Positions 19,106-29,294 of a DNA stretch of 64,000 nt are shown piece after piece. A program made the translations under genes and the position numbers. The notes beneath the pieces were generated by a model. The model did no database searches. It was not told the origin of the DNA and worked only from the letters and a program-made list of their open reading frames with translations. Every line of letters begins with the position of its first letter. Position 1 is the stretch's first letter. The DNA is from Candidatus Rehaiarchaeum fermentans. Its GTDB lineage: Archaea > Nanobdellota > Nanobdellia > Parvarchaeales > Parvarchaeaceae. The stretch spans positions 1,539 to 65,538 of the forward strand of contig JAPDLT010000001.1 of NCBI GenBank assembly GCA_025920435.1, given 5' to 3'.

Positions 19106-21469
19106 CTATAGTACATTAACTACACTTTTTCCAGCTACTTTTCTTACTTCTATTAATCTATTTGCGACTCCTTTGAATAGTTCTTCGTGAGTAACAATTA
19201 TTATTTGATTTATTCCGTTCAATTTAGTTAATGCATTTATAAATGAATTTATGTCTTCCTTGTCCAAACCTACTGTTGGTTCATCCATTATTAACAATTC
19301 TGTTTGTTTTACGCCGGCAAGTCTAGAAGCAATGATTGATAAAGCAATTCTATAAGCCAATGCTGCAATAGTTTTTTCTCCGCCAGATAAAGCAGTTATA
19401 GGAAAAACTTGATTTCCTGTAATAACATTTACATTATATTGATTATCTATTTCCAATTCGTAATCGTTATCTTTTCTTAATTCGTTGAACTTTTCTTTGA
19501 ATAAAGAAGAAAATTCATCTAAAAATTCTGTCCTTACATATTCTCTTATATTTCTTATCTCTTCTCTAAGTCTTTGAATAAGCGAATTTAGCGAAGAAAG
19601 TTTTTTAAGATTTTCTTCTACTTCTTTTTTCTTTTCTAATTTTCTTTTTATTTCATTTAACTCTTCTTCCTTTGATTTTATTTGTGTTTCATTTAGTTCA
19701 ATTATTTTTTCTAAACTTTTTTCTTCACTTTCTGCGCTTTTTTCCTTTTCTAATATTACTTTTAATTCTTCTTTTTTCTCTTTAATTAACTTATCATCGA
19801 AATTTAATTCCACTAATTTTTTATTTATTTCTTCGATCTTCAACTTTCCCTCATTTATTTCTGATTTTAATCTTTCTATTTCGTATCTTAAATTTTCTAT
19901 TTGTTTAACAGCATTTTCAAATTCAAAGTAAGCATTTATTTTTTTCCTTATTTCATTTAATTCCTTTTGATTTTGCTCAATTTTTTTATTTATTTCTTCG
20001 AGCTTTATAATAAAATCATTTAATTCTTTTCTCTTATCTTCTAAATTTTCATTTAATTTACTTTCTAATTCTTTTATAGAATTATCTAAGTTTTCTTTCA
20101 TTGTTTTTTGAATACTTAATTTCATTTCAATTGTCTTTTTATCACTTTTGTTTTTGCTTATAGCTTCTTTTCTTTCTTTTAGAAAGTTTATTCTTTTTTG
20201 GTATTCTTCTTCTATATGAAAACTATCTACTTTATTTTTGCATATTGGACATATTCCTGAAGAAATAGCCTCTTTCTTTTCCTTTTCTAAATTCTCAATA
20301 AATTCATCTATTTGAACAATTCTTCCTACTAATTCTTCTTTATAAACTAAATCTTTATTGTTAAGCAAATTTTCTAATTCTTTAATTTCTCTTTCCAAAT
20401 TTTCTATTTTTTCCTTATTTTCTTTATACTTTTGTTCATTTTCTTTCAATTGTTTTTCCTTATTTTCTATTTCTTTTTGTAATGATGTGACCTTTACTTT
20501 AAGAGAATCTTTTTCGTTATAAAGTAAATTTAAGGAATTGTTTATTTCTTCTTCTCTCCTTCTTATTTCATTTATTGATTCGGTAAATGCTATTTTTTTA
20601 CCTTCTAACTCTGCTATTTTTTTCGAATTCTTTTCAATTAAATCTTCTTTTTCTTTAAGAGATTTTTCTATGATTTCCTTCTCTTTGTTTAACTTTATAA
20701 ATTCTTCTTGCTCTTTTTCCAAAATTTCAATTGTTTTTTCAAGTTCGTTTCTAGTTAATGCTAAATCATTTAAATCTTTTTTAAGTTTTTCCAATTCTTG
20801 CCTTTCTTTTTCAATTTTATCCTTTAGTTCAAAAATTTCTTTTTCTTTTTTAATTATTTCGCTTTCATCTATTTCTAATTTACTTAATTCTTCTAGTCCT
20901 TTTATTTTAAGCTGTATCAACGTTATAATATTCTTTAAGTAATCAAACGTTTCTTGATATTTGTTAAGATTTAAGATTGAATCTATTAGTTTTTGTTTTT
21001 CAGAAGGGCTTTCTAAAACTAAAGTTTTGAGTTCATCTTGTTTGATGTACATTATAGATTCAAAAGTTTTTATTCCTTCTTTATTCAATCCTAATAATTT
21101 TAGTATGTATTTGTTTAGGTCTTCTGCGCGATCAAAAACATTCGCTTTTTTATAGTCTTTTAAAATATAGTTTTTTTCATCGTCATTTCTTACTGCGTCT
21201 TTCACTCGCTTTAATCCTCTAGATATTTCTATTATAGAGTTATTCTCCTCTAATCTTACTATAACTCTTCCATTATTCGCATTTCTTCTTAATAGTAATT
21301 TTCCATCATTATCTGAAGTTTTTCCAAATAATGCATATTCTAACGACATTAAAATTGAGGATTTTCCACTACCAGTGTTTCCTATTATTACATTTATTCC
21401 ATTGCTAAATTCTATTTTATTTTTTTCATGGCTTCTTATGTTTTCAATTTCTATTTCTTTAATTATCAT
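19106..21469 (-). CDS. rad50: DNA double-strand break repair ATPase Rad50
   Basis: It has an N-terminal Walker A (GNTGSGKSS), a long Glu/Lys-rich coiled coil, a central CPICK zinc hook, and a C-terminal signature LSGGEKT plus Walker B LIMDEP. Confidence 0.85.
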   Translation of the reverse strand: MIIKEIEIENIRSHEKNKIEFSNGINVIIGNTGSGKSSILMSLEYALFGKTSDNDGKLLLRRNANNGRVIVRLEENNSIIEISRGLKRVKDAVRNDDEKNYILKDYKKANVFDRAEDLNKYILKLLGLNKEGIKTFESIMYIKQDELKTLVLESPSEKQKLIDSILNLNKYQETFDYLKNIITLIQLKIKGLEELSKLEIDESEIIKKEKEIFELKDKIEKERQELEKLKKDLNDLALTRNELEKTIEILEKEQEEFIKLNKEKEIIEKSLKEKEDLIEKNSKKIAELEGKKIAFTESINEIRRREEEINNSLNLLYNEKDSLKVKVTSLQKEIENKEKQLKENEQKYKENKEKIENLEREIKELENLLNNKDLVYKEELVGRIVQIDEFIENLEKEKKEAISSGICPICKNKVDSFHIEEEYQKRINFLKERKEAISKNKSDKKTIEMKLSIQKTMKENLDNSIKELESKLNENLEDKRKELNDFIIKLEEINKKIEQNQKELNEIRKKINAYFEFENAVKQIENLRYEIERLKSEINEGKLKIEEINKKLVELNFDDKLIKEKKEELKVILEKEKSAESEEKSLEKIIELNETQIKSKEEELNEIKRKLEKKKEVEENLKKLSSLNSLIQRLREEIRNIREYVRTEFLDEFSSLFKEKFNELRKDNDYELEIDNQYNVNVITGNQVFPITALSGGEKTIAALAYRIALSIIASRLAGVKQTELLIMDEPTVGLDKEDINSFINALTKLNGINQIIIVTHEELFKGVANRLIEVRKVAGKSVVNVL

Positions 21470-22622
21470 ATTCTTTCATTAATTCATCTAAAAGTCTTTC
21501 TGAATCTTTATTTTCTTCACTTGCTGACATTAGTAATTTTGCTATTTTTATTTCTTTTTCGTTAAAGCCCTTTTTTGCAAGGTATTTTTCTTCTATTTCA
21601 TCAATCCTTCTTTCTTTTATCTCTATTTTTTCGCTGCTTTTAGAATCTTGTAATTTGCTTGTGTTTATATTTACATAAGAATAACCGTTTTCCTTGCATA
21701 TTTCCTTTATTCTCTCTATATCTAATTCAGATTTAAATCCGTTCATTCTTCCTTCTAGCTTTATTATTAGTAATTTACCTTCATTTTTGTTAAGTCTTAA
21801 AATTATTTGATTAAATATTTCACTAGCCTTTAAGTTATCTACATTTAAATATATTATTTCCTTTTGTTTTGTAGGGATGTTTATATATTCTATATTTTTA
21901 ATTCCTTCTTCATCATAATCAATTAAATAGAATCCTCTTTCATTGTAGTTTTCTATTTCGAAAGCATCGCAATACTCTAACGAGCCAGGATAGTTTATTA
22001 TTCCTTTTTCGTATTTTATTCCGTCTTTGTGTCCATGCCAGTGTCCTGCAGCGTAATAATCAAAACCCTTGGGCAAATCATTAATATCTATGTCCTTAAA
22101 TTCTTCTCCTAGTTCAGATATTGTGTGATGAAATAAAAATATTTTTATCCACGCATCTTGCATTTCTACTTTTAATTTTTTGAATAAGTCTTCTTGCGCT
22201 CTAGTTCTTTTTCCTTTTATTCCTGCAATGAAAGCATTTTTATACTTCTCTCCTTTCAATATTATTTCATTATCTTCTATTTTCAAATATTTGGTTGAAT
22301 TAAGATTTGTTAAAAGATCACTTTTATCAAAAATATCTATTATACTGTTTTCTTCTCCATATCCAACATCATGAGATCCAGGTATTGCAAATAACTTTAT
22401 TCCTGCATTTTTTATTTTCATTAATTGATCTGTTACAAATATTAAATCTTCAATTCTTGGAAATCCTTCGTTAAACAAATCTCCTGAATGAACTATGAAG
22501 TCTGGTTTTATTTCTATTGCTTTATTAACAAAGTATGAAAATGCTAATTTTATGTCATCGTTTCTTGTTTCGTCTTTATAAACTTTACCTATATGTGTAT
22601 CTCCTAAATGTATAAACTTCAT
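21459..22622 (-). CDS. mre11: DNA double-strand break repair nuclease Mre11
   Basis: Phosphoesterase motifs are HLGDTHIG, HSGDLF, GSHD and HWHG. Its 3' end overlaps the rad50 start. Confidence 0.85.
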   Translation of the reverse strand: MKFIHLGDTHIGKVYKDETRNDDIKLAFSYFVNKAIEIKPDFIVHSGDLFNEGFPRIEDLIFVTDQLMKIKNAGIKLFAIPGSHDVGYGEENSIIDIFDKSDLLTNLNSTKYLKIEDNEIILKGEKYKNAFIAGIKGKRTRAQEDLFKKLKVEMQDAWIKIFLFHHTISELGEEFKDIDINDLPKGFDYYAAGHWHGHKDGIKYEKGIINYPGSLEYCDAFEIENYNERGFYLIDYDEEGIKNIEYINIPTKQKEIIYLNVDNLKASEIFNQIILRLNKNEGKLLIIKLEGRMNGFKSELDIERIKEICKENGYSYVNINTSKLQDSKSSEKIEIKERRIDEIEEKYLAKKGFNEKEIKIAKLLMSASEENKDSERLLDELMKEYDN

Positions 22623-22678
22623 AAATATTCATTTTGAAATTTAATTTAAGATTTATTTGAATATTTTTATAATTTACC

Positions 22679-23068
22679 ATGGAGCAAGTATTTAATATAA
22701 AAGTACATAGCTATCACACAGATTGGCAGGGGATTTTGAATTTTGGGAGGTATTCTGAAATTATATCAGAAGCTATAGAAAACGCTTATAAAAATTTATT
22801 AGGTAAAATGGTACCTGTTTGGGGCAAAGTTACTGTAGTTACAAGAAGATACGAAATAGATTATTTTAAACCTTTAAGATTTGGAGACGAAGTAAAAGTA
22901 GTACTTTCCTTTTCAATTAACGGAGATCATTCTTTAAAAGTAGAGTTCAATATATACAAAGGAGAGGAGCTATGTGCAAAGGGTAGTAAGATATTAGTTT
23001 TTATAGATATCGAGAAATGGATTAAAGTTCCAATACCACAAGAAGTTAAGGAAGCAATTATATCTTAG
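22679..23068 (+). CDS. hotdog-fold acyl-CoA thioesterase (4HBT/YbgC-like)
   Basis: The 129-aa protein has a VHSYHTDWQGILNFGRY N-terminal pattern like the 4HBT active-site region. Confidence 0.5.
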   Translation: MEQVFNIKVHSYHTDWQGILNFGRYSEIISEAIENAYKNLLGKMVPVWGKVTVVTRRYEIDYFKPLRFGDEVKVVLSFSINGDHSLKVEFNIYKGEELCAKGSKILVFIDIEKWIKVPIPQEVKEAIIS

Positions 23069-23621
23069 AAATAATCATTAGTCCTTCAGAACTATTTCCT
23101 AATGCTATATATTTACCATTATAAAAAGACATTGCTACATAAGCACAAGTTATTGCATCTACTTCATCCTTTGAAAATTTTCTATTTTCTATGTTAAGGT
23201 AATTAGATAATTTTTTAATTATTTCTTTGCTATTCTTTCTATCTAAACCAGAAATGTCATATACTGCCCCTGGATAAGTTTCTATTACTTTTATTCCTAA
23301 TTTTTCTAATTTATTTTTTATTTTCATGCCACGATAAGTTAATATTTTCATGTATTTCATAGCTAAAGGAAAGTATTTTATTTTCGATTTTTTAAGTTCG
23401 ATATCACATTTCCTCTGGGGCATTCCCTTGGTTATTTTCTTATAGTTTTTTGGTAAAAATAGCGGCGCATCTATTGCTATTATATCACAATTTTTTACTT
23501 TCTCTATAATTTCTTCTGTTCTTCTTAATTTGTTTACATATGTATTGTTTCCTTCTATAACACACACTCCACTATAGTTTTTTTCTAAAGCACTTAGATC
23601 TATTCCTCCTATTAAACTCAT
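23058..23621 (-). CDS. DUF429-like predicted RNase H-fold nuclease
   Basis: It has the N-terminal GIDLS...VCVIEG motif, an internal IAIDAP acidic motif, and the C-terminal DAITCAYVA motif characteristic of the DUF429/YqgF-like fold. Length is 187 aa. Confidence 0.4.
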   Translation of the reverse strand: MSLIGGIDLSALEKNYSGVCVIEGNNTYVNKLRRTEEIIEKVKNCDIIAIDAPLFLPKNYKKITKGMPQRKCDIELKKSKIKYFPLAMKYMKILTYRGMKIKNKLEKLGIKVIETYPGAVYDISGLDRKNSKEIIKKLSNYLNIENRKFSKDEVDAITCAYVAMSFYNGKYIALGNSSEGLMIISKI

Positions 23622-24551
23622 TTAGTCTTTTCTTATTCCCTCACTTACTCCAGTGAAGTATTCATTTAAAAGATATTTTATTTCATCAGGGTAAAGCAAT
23701 ATTCCGTATCTCTTCTCTAAAATTTTCCATAATTTTCCAATTCGATCTCTTGCAGAATTATTTTGAGCGTGTAACTTTCTCATATAGTGATCTTGTGTAT
23801 AATATTTTTCATTTACTTTTCCATTTAATAAACTTATTATGTCTTCATAAACTAAGTTTTTAGTTATTGTTCTTATCTCATTTACGTAATTATAAGCATC
23901 ACCTACTCTTTTTCCTACATCAAAGAATAAATTTCCTATCTTATTTTCTTTATTTATTAGATCATTTGGATTTTCAATTCCTAATATTATTCCTTTAATA
24001 AATCTATCTGATATAATTCCGTTGGGAGAAGCGTATGGATTCATAAATGTTGCCATTAACGAATCTATTTTCAGCACTTTTACTTCAGTTTCATTAAATA
24101 TTATTATATTTTCTAAGTCATCTTTCATAATCTTAATCGGTCCTACTATACCTGGAAACACTTGAATAGTGGTATTATAGTAGAAAGAATCTTTTCTGGC
24201 TATTTGTATTTCTTCATTTAAGTTGATAACAGGAGAAAGTGTCTGCTTATAATATATATCAAGAGAAGTAGGTCTTTCATAAACTATAAGCAAAGTGACT
24301 GATTTTTTATTATATTTATTAATTATTCCTTTGATTTCATTGATCGAAAGCTCCTTTTCTAAAGGATGAACTAAGTCAACGTCTTTCGAATTTAAAGCAG
24401 ATTTGATACTTTCTTTATTTTGATTTATGATAGAAAATCCTAAACTTCCTATTATTGCTTCGTTTTTATTTAAATTTACTGCTTTTAAATTATTAATTAT
24501 ATATTCAAGATTTTTAGTAAATTCTTTTACTTTAACAGTATTATTACTCAT
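23622..24551 (-). CDS. hypothetical protein (309 aa), translationally coupled to the DUF429-like gene
   Basis: No motif recognised. Its stop abuts the downstream gene start, consistent with a 2-gene operon upstream of mre11-rad50. Confidence 0.3.
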   Translation of the reverse strand: MSNNTVKVKEFTKNLEYIINNLKAVNLNKNEAIIGSLGFSIINQNKESIKSALNSKDVDLVHPLEKELSINEIKGIINKYNKKSVTLLIVYERPTSLDIYYKQTLSPVINLNEEIQIARKDSFYYNTTIQVFPGIVGPIKIMKDDLENIIIFNETEVKVLKIDSLMATFMNPYASPNGIISDRFIKGIILGIENPNDLINKENKIGNLFFDVGKRVGDAYNYVNEIRTITKNLVYEDIISLLNGKVNEKYYTQDHYMRKLHAQNNSARDRIGKLWKILEKRYGILLYPDEIKYLLNEYFTGVSEGIRKD

Positions 24552-24602
24552 TCTAGAAATTTAGAACACATTTTATATAAATAAGTTAATTTTATTTAGA
24601 AA

Positions 24603-26009
24603 ATGACGGAGGAAGAAGAATTAAAGTCAATAGCTTATAGAAGGGGAATATTTTTTCCATCCGCGGAAATTTTTGGGGGAATATCTGGATTCTTTGAATA
24701 TGGCCCTATTGGGTTAAGAATATTTAATAATGTTATAAACGAATGGAGAAAGTTTTTATATCGAATAAATGCAATAGAAATAAGTGGTTGTATAATTCTT
24801 CCACAAATAGTAATGCAAGCTTCTGGTCATGTAAATAATTTTTTCGATTATGTAATTAAGTGCAATAAATGTGGCGCTATAAATAGAATTGATAAGCTGA
24901 TAGAAGAACAATTAAATATAAATGTAGAAGGGGAAAATGAAGAATACTTTAAAAAAATATTAAAAGAAAATAAAGTAAAGTGCCCTGGTTGTGGTAATAT
25001 TTTTTCGCCAGAAAGCGAGATTTTTAAATATAATTTAATGATGAAGACTAACGTAGCTAATGAAGAAGCATTTCTTAGGCCAGAAGCTTGTCAAAGCATA
25101 TTTTTAGATTTTAATAGGATTTATTCAATAGAAGGCAAATTGCCTTTAATAATTGCTCAAGTAGGTAAAGCATTTAGAAATGAAATTTCTCCAAGGAATT
25201 ATTTAATAAGAGAAAGAGAACTTTATCAAAACGATATTGAAGTGTTTTTCGAAGAAGATAATTTTGAGCCTTCAGATCTTAAATTCAATCTTTTTATTGA
25301 TAAGAATAATTACTTAAGTGGGAAAGAAGCACTTGAAAAAGGGCTTTTAGAATCTAAGGTTTCTTCACACTTTATTCCTTTGTGGAACGAATTTCTAGTT
25401 TCTCTTGGTTTTAAACAAGAAGAAATAAGATTTAGAAAGCTAGATAAAGATAAAGCATTTTATGCAAAAGAAGCTTACGATGTAGAAATCTTTGATGGAA
25501 AAAACTGGGTAGAAGTAACAGCGATAAATCATCGAGGAAAGCATGATTTGAGCAGATATGCAGAGTTTGGAGCAAAGCTTTCTAAAATAACTAATATTTT
25601 TGAAATTTCTTGCGGTACAGATAGACTAATTTACCTATTACTTCTTAAATCTATTAGAAAAGATGAGAAAAGAACTTGGCTTTCTCTTAATAATAAAATC
25701 GCTCCTTACGCGGCAGAGATTGTTGTAGTTGTTAAGAAAGATGAGCTAATAAAGAAGGCATTAGAAATTTATAATAAAATAGAAAATAAAGAGGACGTTT
25801 ATTTGCTTATTTCAGATAATATTGGAAAGGCATATAGAAAGGGAGAGGAAATTGGTATACCATTTGCCTTCACTATCGACTATCAAACTTTAGAAGATAA
25901 TACCGTTACAATTAGAGATAGAGAAACTACTCAACAAAAACGTATAAATTCTGAAGAGATTAATGATCTGGTTAGAAAAATAAGGAAGGAAGGGTTCACT
26001 TTTCAATAG
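24603..26009 (+). CDS. glyS: glycyl-tRNA synthetase (archaeal/eukaryotic-type class II)
   Basis: It has the N-terminal RRGIFFPSAEIFGGISGFFEYGPIG signature of alpha2 GlyRS, class II motif 2/3-like blocks, and a Cys4 insertion (CNKCG...CPGCG). Confidence 0.75.
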   Translation: MTEEEELKSIAYRRGIFFPSAEIFGGISGFFEYGPIGLRIFNNVINEWRKFLYRINAIEISGCIILPQIVMQASGHVNNFFDYVIKCNKCGAINRIDKLIEEQLNINVEGENEEYFKKILKENKVKCPGCGNIFSPESEIFKYNLMMKTNVANEEAFLRPEACQSIFLDFNRIYSIEGKLPLIIAQVGKAFRNEISPRNYLIRERELYQNDIEVFFEEDNFEPSDLKFNLFIDKNNYLSGKEALEKGLLESKVSSHFIPLWNEFLVSLGFKQEEIRFRKLDKDKAFYAKEAYDVEIFDGKNWVEVTAINHRGKHDLSRYAEFGAKLSKITNIFEISCGTDRLIYLLLLKSIRKDEKRTWLSLNNKIAPYAAEIVVVVKKDELIKKALEIYNKIENKEDVYLLISDNIGKAYRKGEEIGIPFAFTIDYQTLEDNTVTIRDRETTQQKRINSEEINDLVRKIRKEGFTFQ

Positions 26010-26038
26010 TCTTTTAAATTAATAAAAATAAACTATTT

Positions 26039-26413
26039 ATGATAATTAATTTGATAGCATTTTTAATATATCTTGCTCTAGCTTTTATAGGATTCTTTTC
26101 AGTACTTCTTTCGAGCAGAATTGTAGTAAACATGTCCAAAAATTCAGCTATTATAAAATCTGCTTTTTTTCTAAATAGAGATTCAGTTATTCAAAAATTA
26201 AAACTTATTTATAGCGTAGGAATTCTCTTATTTATAACTGCGCTATTTACATTTTTACAAAAGATTTTTGCCTATGTTTTTACAATTCAACTATTGAATT
26301 ATTTGTTTTATTTTTTGGCTTATATATTCGGAATAATATCTGCAGTACTTTTCTTTTTCGTTTTGTATACGTGGAATAAAATGATCAAGAAATATGTATC
26401 AAAATCTCCTTAA
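26039..26413 (+). CDS. hypothetical small membrane protein
   Basis: The 124-aa protein has 3-4 predicted TM helices and no motif. Confidence 0.3.
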   Translation: MIINLIAFLIYLALAFIGFFSVLLSSRIVVNMSKNSAIIKSAFFLNRDSVIQKLKLIYSVGILLFITALFTFLQKIFAYVFTIQLLNYLFYFLAYIFGIISAVLFFFVLYTWNKMIKKYVSKSP

Positions 26414-26711
26414 TTTCGACTTTATCTACGGTTTATTATCTTTGATAGAATGCTCTATTATATTGTATTTTGATATTTCTTTAATTAAAAGAGTCAAAGC
26501 TAATTCTCTAGTTTATATTTCAAGTTTTATTTTAAATAAAAACAGAATTAATTCATTTGTTGCTTTACTTATAGCTTTCTTAGTCCTCTCCTCCTCATAT
26601 CTAATTTCTTCATTTATTTCATTCTATTCAATTTATAATGAAGTATGGGAAATGGGAAATATAATTGTATTTGGAGCAGTAGCTATTTTTTACTATCTTT
26701 TGCAGAAGTAA
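26394..26711 (+). CDS. hypothetical small membrane protein
   Basis: The 105-aa protein is hydrophobic and overlaps the previous ORF. Confidence 0.25.
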   Translation: MYQNLLNFDFIYGLLSLIECSIILYFDISLIKRVKANSLVYISSFILNKNRINSFVALLIAFLVLSSSYLISSFISFYSIYNEVWEMGNIIVFGAVAIFYYLLQK

Positions 26712-26754
26712 AACTTTCAATATACATTTTTAAATAATAACTTAATAAATAAGA

Positions 26755-27375
26755 ATGGACATACAATTAAATAAGTATAAATTGCCTTCTTTACCTTACA
26801 ATCTAGATGCACTCGAACCTTACATATCTAAAGAAATAATGGATGTACATTATAATGGGCACCATAAAGGATATGTAGATGGAATAAACAAATTTATAGA
26901 CAGATACATTCAAGTTTTAAAAGGAGAAACAACTTATGATATTCAAGGAATTATAAGAGGAATAGTTTTTAATTTGAATGGTCATAAACTTCATACACTT
27001 TTTTGGCAAAGCATGGCTCCTGCAGGAAAGGGAGGAGGAGTTCCGGGCGGTATTTTAGCAGATATGATTAATAAACAGTTTGGAAGCTTTGATAATTTTA
27101 AGAAAATATTTATAGAAACGGCGAATTCTCTGCCAGGAACTGGCTGGACAGCTCTTTATTATGATCCAGAAAACAATTCCTTACAAATAATGACATTTGA
27201 AAATCATTTTAATCAACATTTGGCCGAACTTCCAGTTTTGATGATTTTGGACGAATTTGAGCACGCTTATTATTTACAATATAAGAACAAAAGAGCTGAC
27301 TACGTAAATGCGTTTTGGAATTTAGTTAATTGGGAAGGCGCAGAAAACAAGTTAAGAAAGTATTTAACTCAATAA
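26755..27375 (+). CDS. sod: Fe/Mn superoxide dismutase
   Basis: [13 protein letters not shown]...HYNGHH at the N-terminus and DEFEHAYY near the C-terminus are the canonical Fe/Mn-SOD metal-ligand motifs. Confidence 0.85.
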   Translation: MDIQLNKYKLPSLPYNLDALEPYISKEIMDVHYNGHHKGYVDGINKFIDRYIQVLKGETTYDIQGIIRGIVFNLNGHKLHTLFWQSMAPAGKGGGVPGGILADMINKQFGSFDNFKKIFIETANSLPGTGWTALYYDPENNSLQIMTFENHFNQHLAELPVLMILDEFEHAYYLQYKNKRADYVNAFWNLVNWEGAENKLRKYLTQ

Positions 27376-27609
27376 TTTAGAAAAATTTTAAGCAATTTAA
27401 TTTTTGATTTATTAAATGAAAATTTTTATTAATTGTAAAGCTCTATTAGAGTATAAAATTTTTTCTTAGTAAATTAAAAAATCTAAAATTGACTTAGCCC
27501 ACGAAATTAAGCGTTTTAGAAGATTATCATTTTTATTTACCTTCAATAGTTAAATTTTAATAATAAATAAAAATCTACAGAGCTTCTTTTAATATTTAAA
27601 ATATTAAGT

Positions 27610-27693
27610 GCAGAGGTAGCGAAGTGGACAAACGCACCAGGCTTAGGACCTGGTCCCATTAGGGGTTCGAGGGTTCGAATCCCTCCCTCTGCA
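27610..27693 (+). tRNA. tRNA-Leu (anticodon TAG), long variable arm
   Basis: Acceptor GCAGAGG/CCTCTGC, anticodon stem-loop CCAGG-CTTAGGA-CCTGG, long extra arm, and T-arm GGG-TTCGAAT-CCC. Confidence 0.85.
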
Positions 27694-27834
27694 ATTTTTA
27701 TTTTTAAAGAGTTGCTATCTCTAAATGCTTATTTTTTAATTAGATAATGATTTATGTTCTAATATTCGTAAAATTTCTCTCTTTCCTTTTCAAAAGATAA
27801 CAAAGATTTAAATATTAGCAATTAAAGTACCAAT

Positions 27835-28377
27835 ATGGATAAATTTAGTAAGATAAGATCACAAGCAGCAACAGAATATCTAATGACATACGGTTGGGCA
27901 TTTCTAATCATAGCAATTGTTGCAGCAATTCTTATTTCTCTAGGAGTATTTAGACCATCTACATCCAACACTATTTCTGGATTTTCTCCATTAAGCCCTC
28001 AATCAGTTAGTTGCCTTTCTGCCACCGTAAACGGTCTTGCTCCTGGTCTCTACATGAGTTTTGTTAATACAGCATCATATAACATGAACATAACTGCTGT
28101 CTCTTTCTCTTCAGCTACTGGTCTTACTATAACTAATAGTAGTGCTATATATGTAGGAAGCAGTGCAAGTAGTGCTTCAGCAGCTGCATCATCAACTACT
28201 TATACAGGTTATACAATACCTAGCGGAGCAACTTTCTACGTATACATGCCTAAAGTTGCTTGCTCTGGCCCTACTTTCAGTGCTTCAGTTACTATAACAT
28301 ATGTAAGCGCAGGACCAACTAATACTGGACTTGCACAAAGTGCTTCAGGAACAATTTCCGGAACAACTACTTCGTAG
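27835..28377 (+). CDS. putative type IV pilin-like protein with class III (DUF361-like) signal peptide
   Basis: The N-terminus KIRS-QAATEYLMTYGWAFLIIAIVAAIL has Q at +1 and E at +5 followed by a hydrophobic helix, like prepilin-peptidase substrates. The mature part is Ser/Thr/Ala-rich with N-x-S/T sites. Confidence 0.45.
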   Translation: MDKFSKIRSQAATEYLMTYGWAFLIIAIVAAILISLGVFRPSTSNTISGFSPLSPQSVSCLSATVNGLAPGLYMSFVNTASYNMNITAVSFSSATGLTITNSSAIYVGSSASSASAAASSTTYTGYTIPSGATFYVYMPKVACSGPTFSASVTITYVSAGPTNTGLAQSASGTISGTTTS

Positions 28378-28460
28378 ATTGGTAATAAGTGTCTTCTTAA
28401 TTATTTGTTAAAGTTTTTTGTTAGTTTAGTTTTTAGAAAAGTGAGCGATAAAAATATTAA

Positions 28461-29294
28461 ATGTTATGTAGATTAATGATACAGGCCTCTCTTAACGTTA
28501 CTATCTTCGTAATAGCGCTTTCTACTTCGTTGAAGTATCTGGTTATTTATAATCTTTCTTTATATGGAAAAAATGGAACTATTTTTTTACCTATATATGG
28601 AAACCCTGTTGGTTATAATCTAACTTCTTTTTATAATTTAAGAGGAATAAATCTTACTGCAAAAAACAATAGTAAGTACAATATAGTTAGCTATTATTAT
28701 CAACCCTATATATCTAATTCTTCAATTATTCAATTCGTTTTCGTACCGACAGTTTTTTATAAAAATCTCATAATTAAAATTTACGCTCCTGAAGGATGGG
28801 TTATAGAAAATAATTCTTATTCTCCTCCTATTAGTTATTTTATAACGAACGGAAAGAGAATAGGAATAGAATGGTATTTCGTTAATCAAACTCCATTTTT
28901 AATTGATTATTCTACTCCTTACTTAATTTTTAAATTTAATGCCTACCAATTGAGTTATAATTATTATTCCTTGCTTTCTGGGTTTTTATACATAATAGGT
29001 GTTTCCGGAATTATAATTTTGACAATTGTAGTAATAAGTTATTTCTTATCAGGTAAAAAAATAAAGTTTACTAAAAAGCATTCTAAATACAGAATTTCTT
29101 CTTTGTCTTTGTTGAATGATGATGAAAAAGCCGTACTTGACAAAATAGGTAGTTCTTATATTTGGCAAGACGAATTACTTAAAAAATTTGATTTCTCTAA
29201 GGCTAAACTCAGCAAAATTCTTAAAAAATTAGAAACTTTGAAACTAATAAAAATAGAAAGAATTGGTAAGTATAATAAAATAAAAAGAAGATGA
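28461..29294 (+). CDS. membrane-tethered putative transcription regulator: extracellular sequon-rich domain, single TM, C-terminal winged-helix domain
   Basis: The N-terminal ~170 aa carry many N-x-S/T sites. The TM is LLSGFLYIIGVSGIIILTIVVISYFL. The C-terminal ...EKAVLDKIG...LLKKFDFSKAKLSKILKKLETLKLIKIERIGKYNKI resembles a MarR/TrmB-like wHTH. Confidence 0.4.
   Translation: MLCRLMIQASLNVTIFVIALSTSLKYLVIYNLSLYGKNGTIFLPIYGNPVGYNLTSFYNLRGINLTAKNNSKYNIVSYYYQPYISNSSIIQFVFVPTVFYKNLIIKIYAPEGWVIENNSYSPPISYFITNGKRIGIEWYFVNQTPFLIDYSTPYLIFKFNAYQLSYNYYSLLSGFLYIIGVSGIIILTIVVISYFLSGKKIKFTKKHSKYRISSLSLLNDDEKAVLDKIGSSYIWQDELLKKFDFSKAKLSKILKKLETLKLIKIERIGKYNKIKRR

Noticed and set aside
20538-20942. Antisense ORFs inside rad50, valS, nuoB, porA, topA, lysS, hel308 and others. 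Examples are 1304-1519, 1901-2095, 7468-7776, 14418-14920, 20538-21155, 37204-37797, 42791-43039 and 44608-44820.
   Set aside because: They lie entirely within, and opposite to, well-supported conserved genes. Their translations are low-complexity Ser/Phe/Ile/Leu strings produced by reading AT-rich coding sequence backwards. They are spurious.
19600-21000. Highly repetitive, low-complexity A/G-rich nucleotide stretches (aaagaa/ttctt periodicity) that could be mistaken for a repeat array
   Set aside because: They encode the Glu/Lys-rich coiled-coil arms of Rad50 in one continuous ORF. There is no direct-repeat/spacer structure of constant period, so this is not a CRISPR or tandem repeat locus.
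23622-24551. Assigning the 309-aa protein as NurA outright
   Set aside because: NurA catalytic residues could not be recognised in the translation without an alignment. It is kept as hypothetical and raised as a hypothesis to test.
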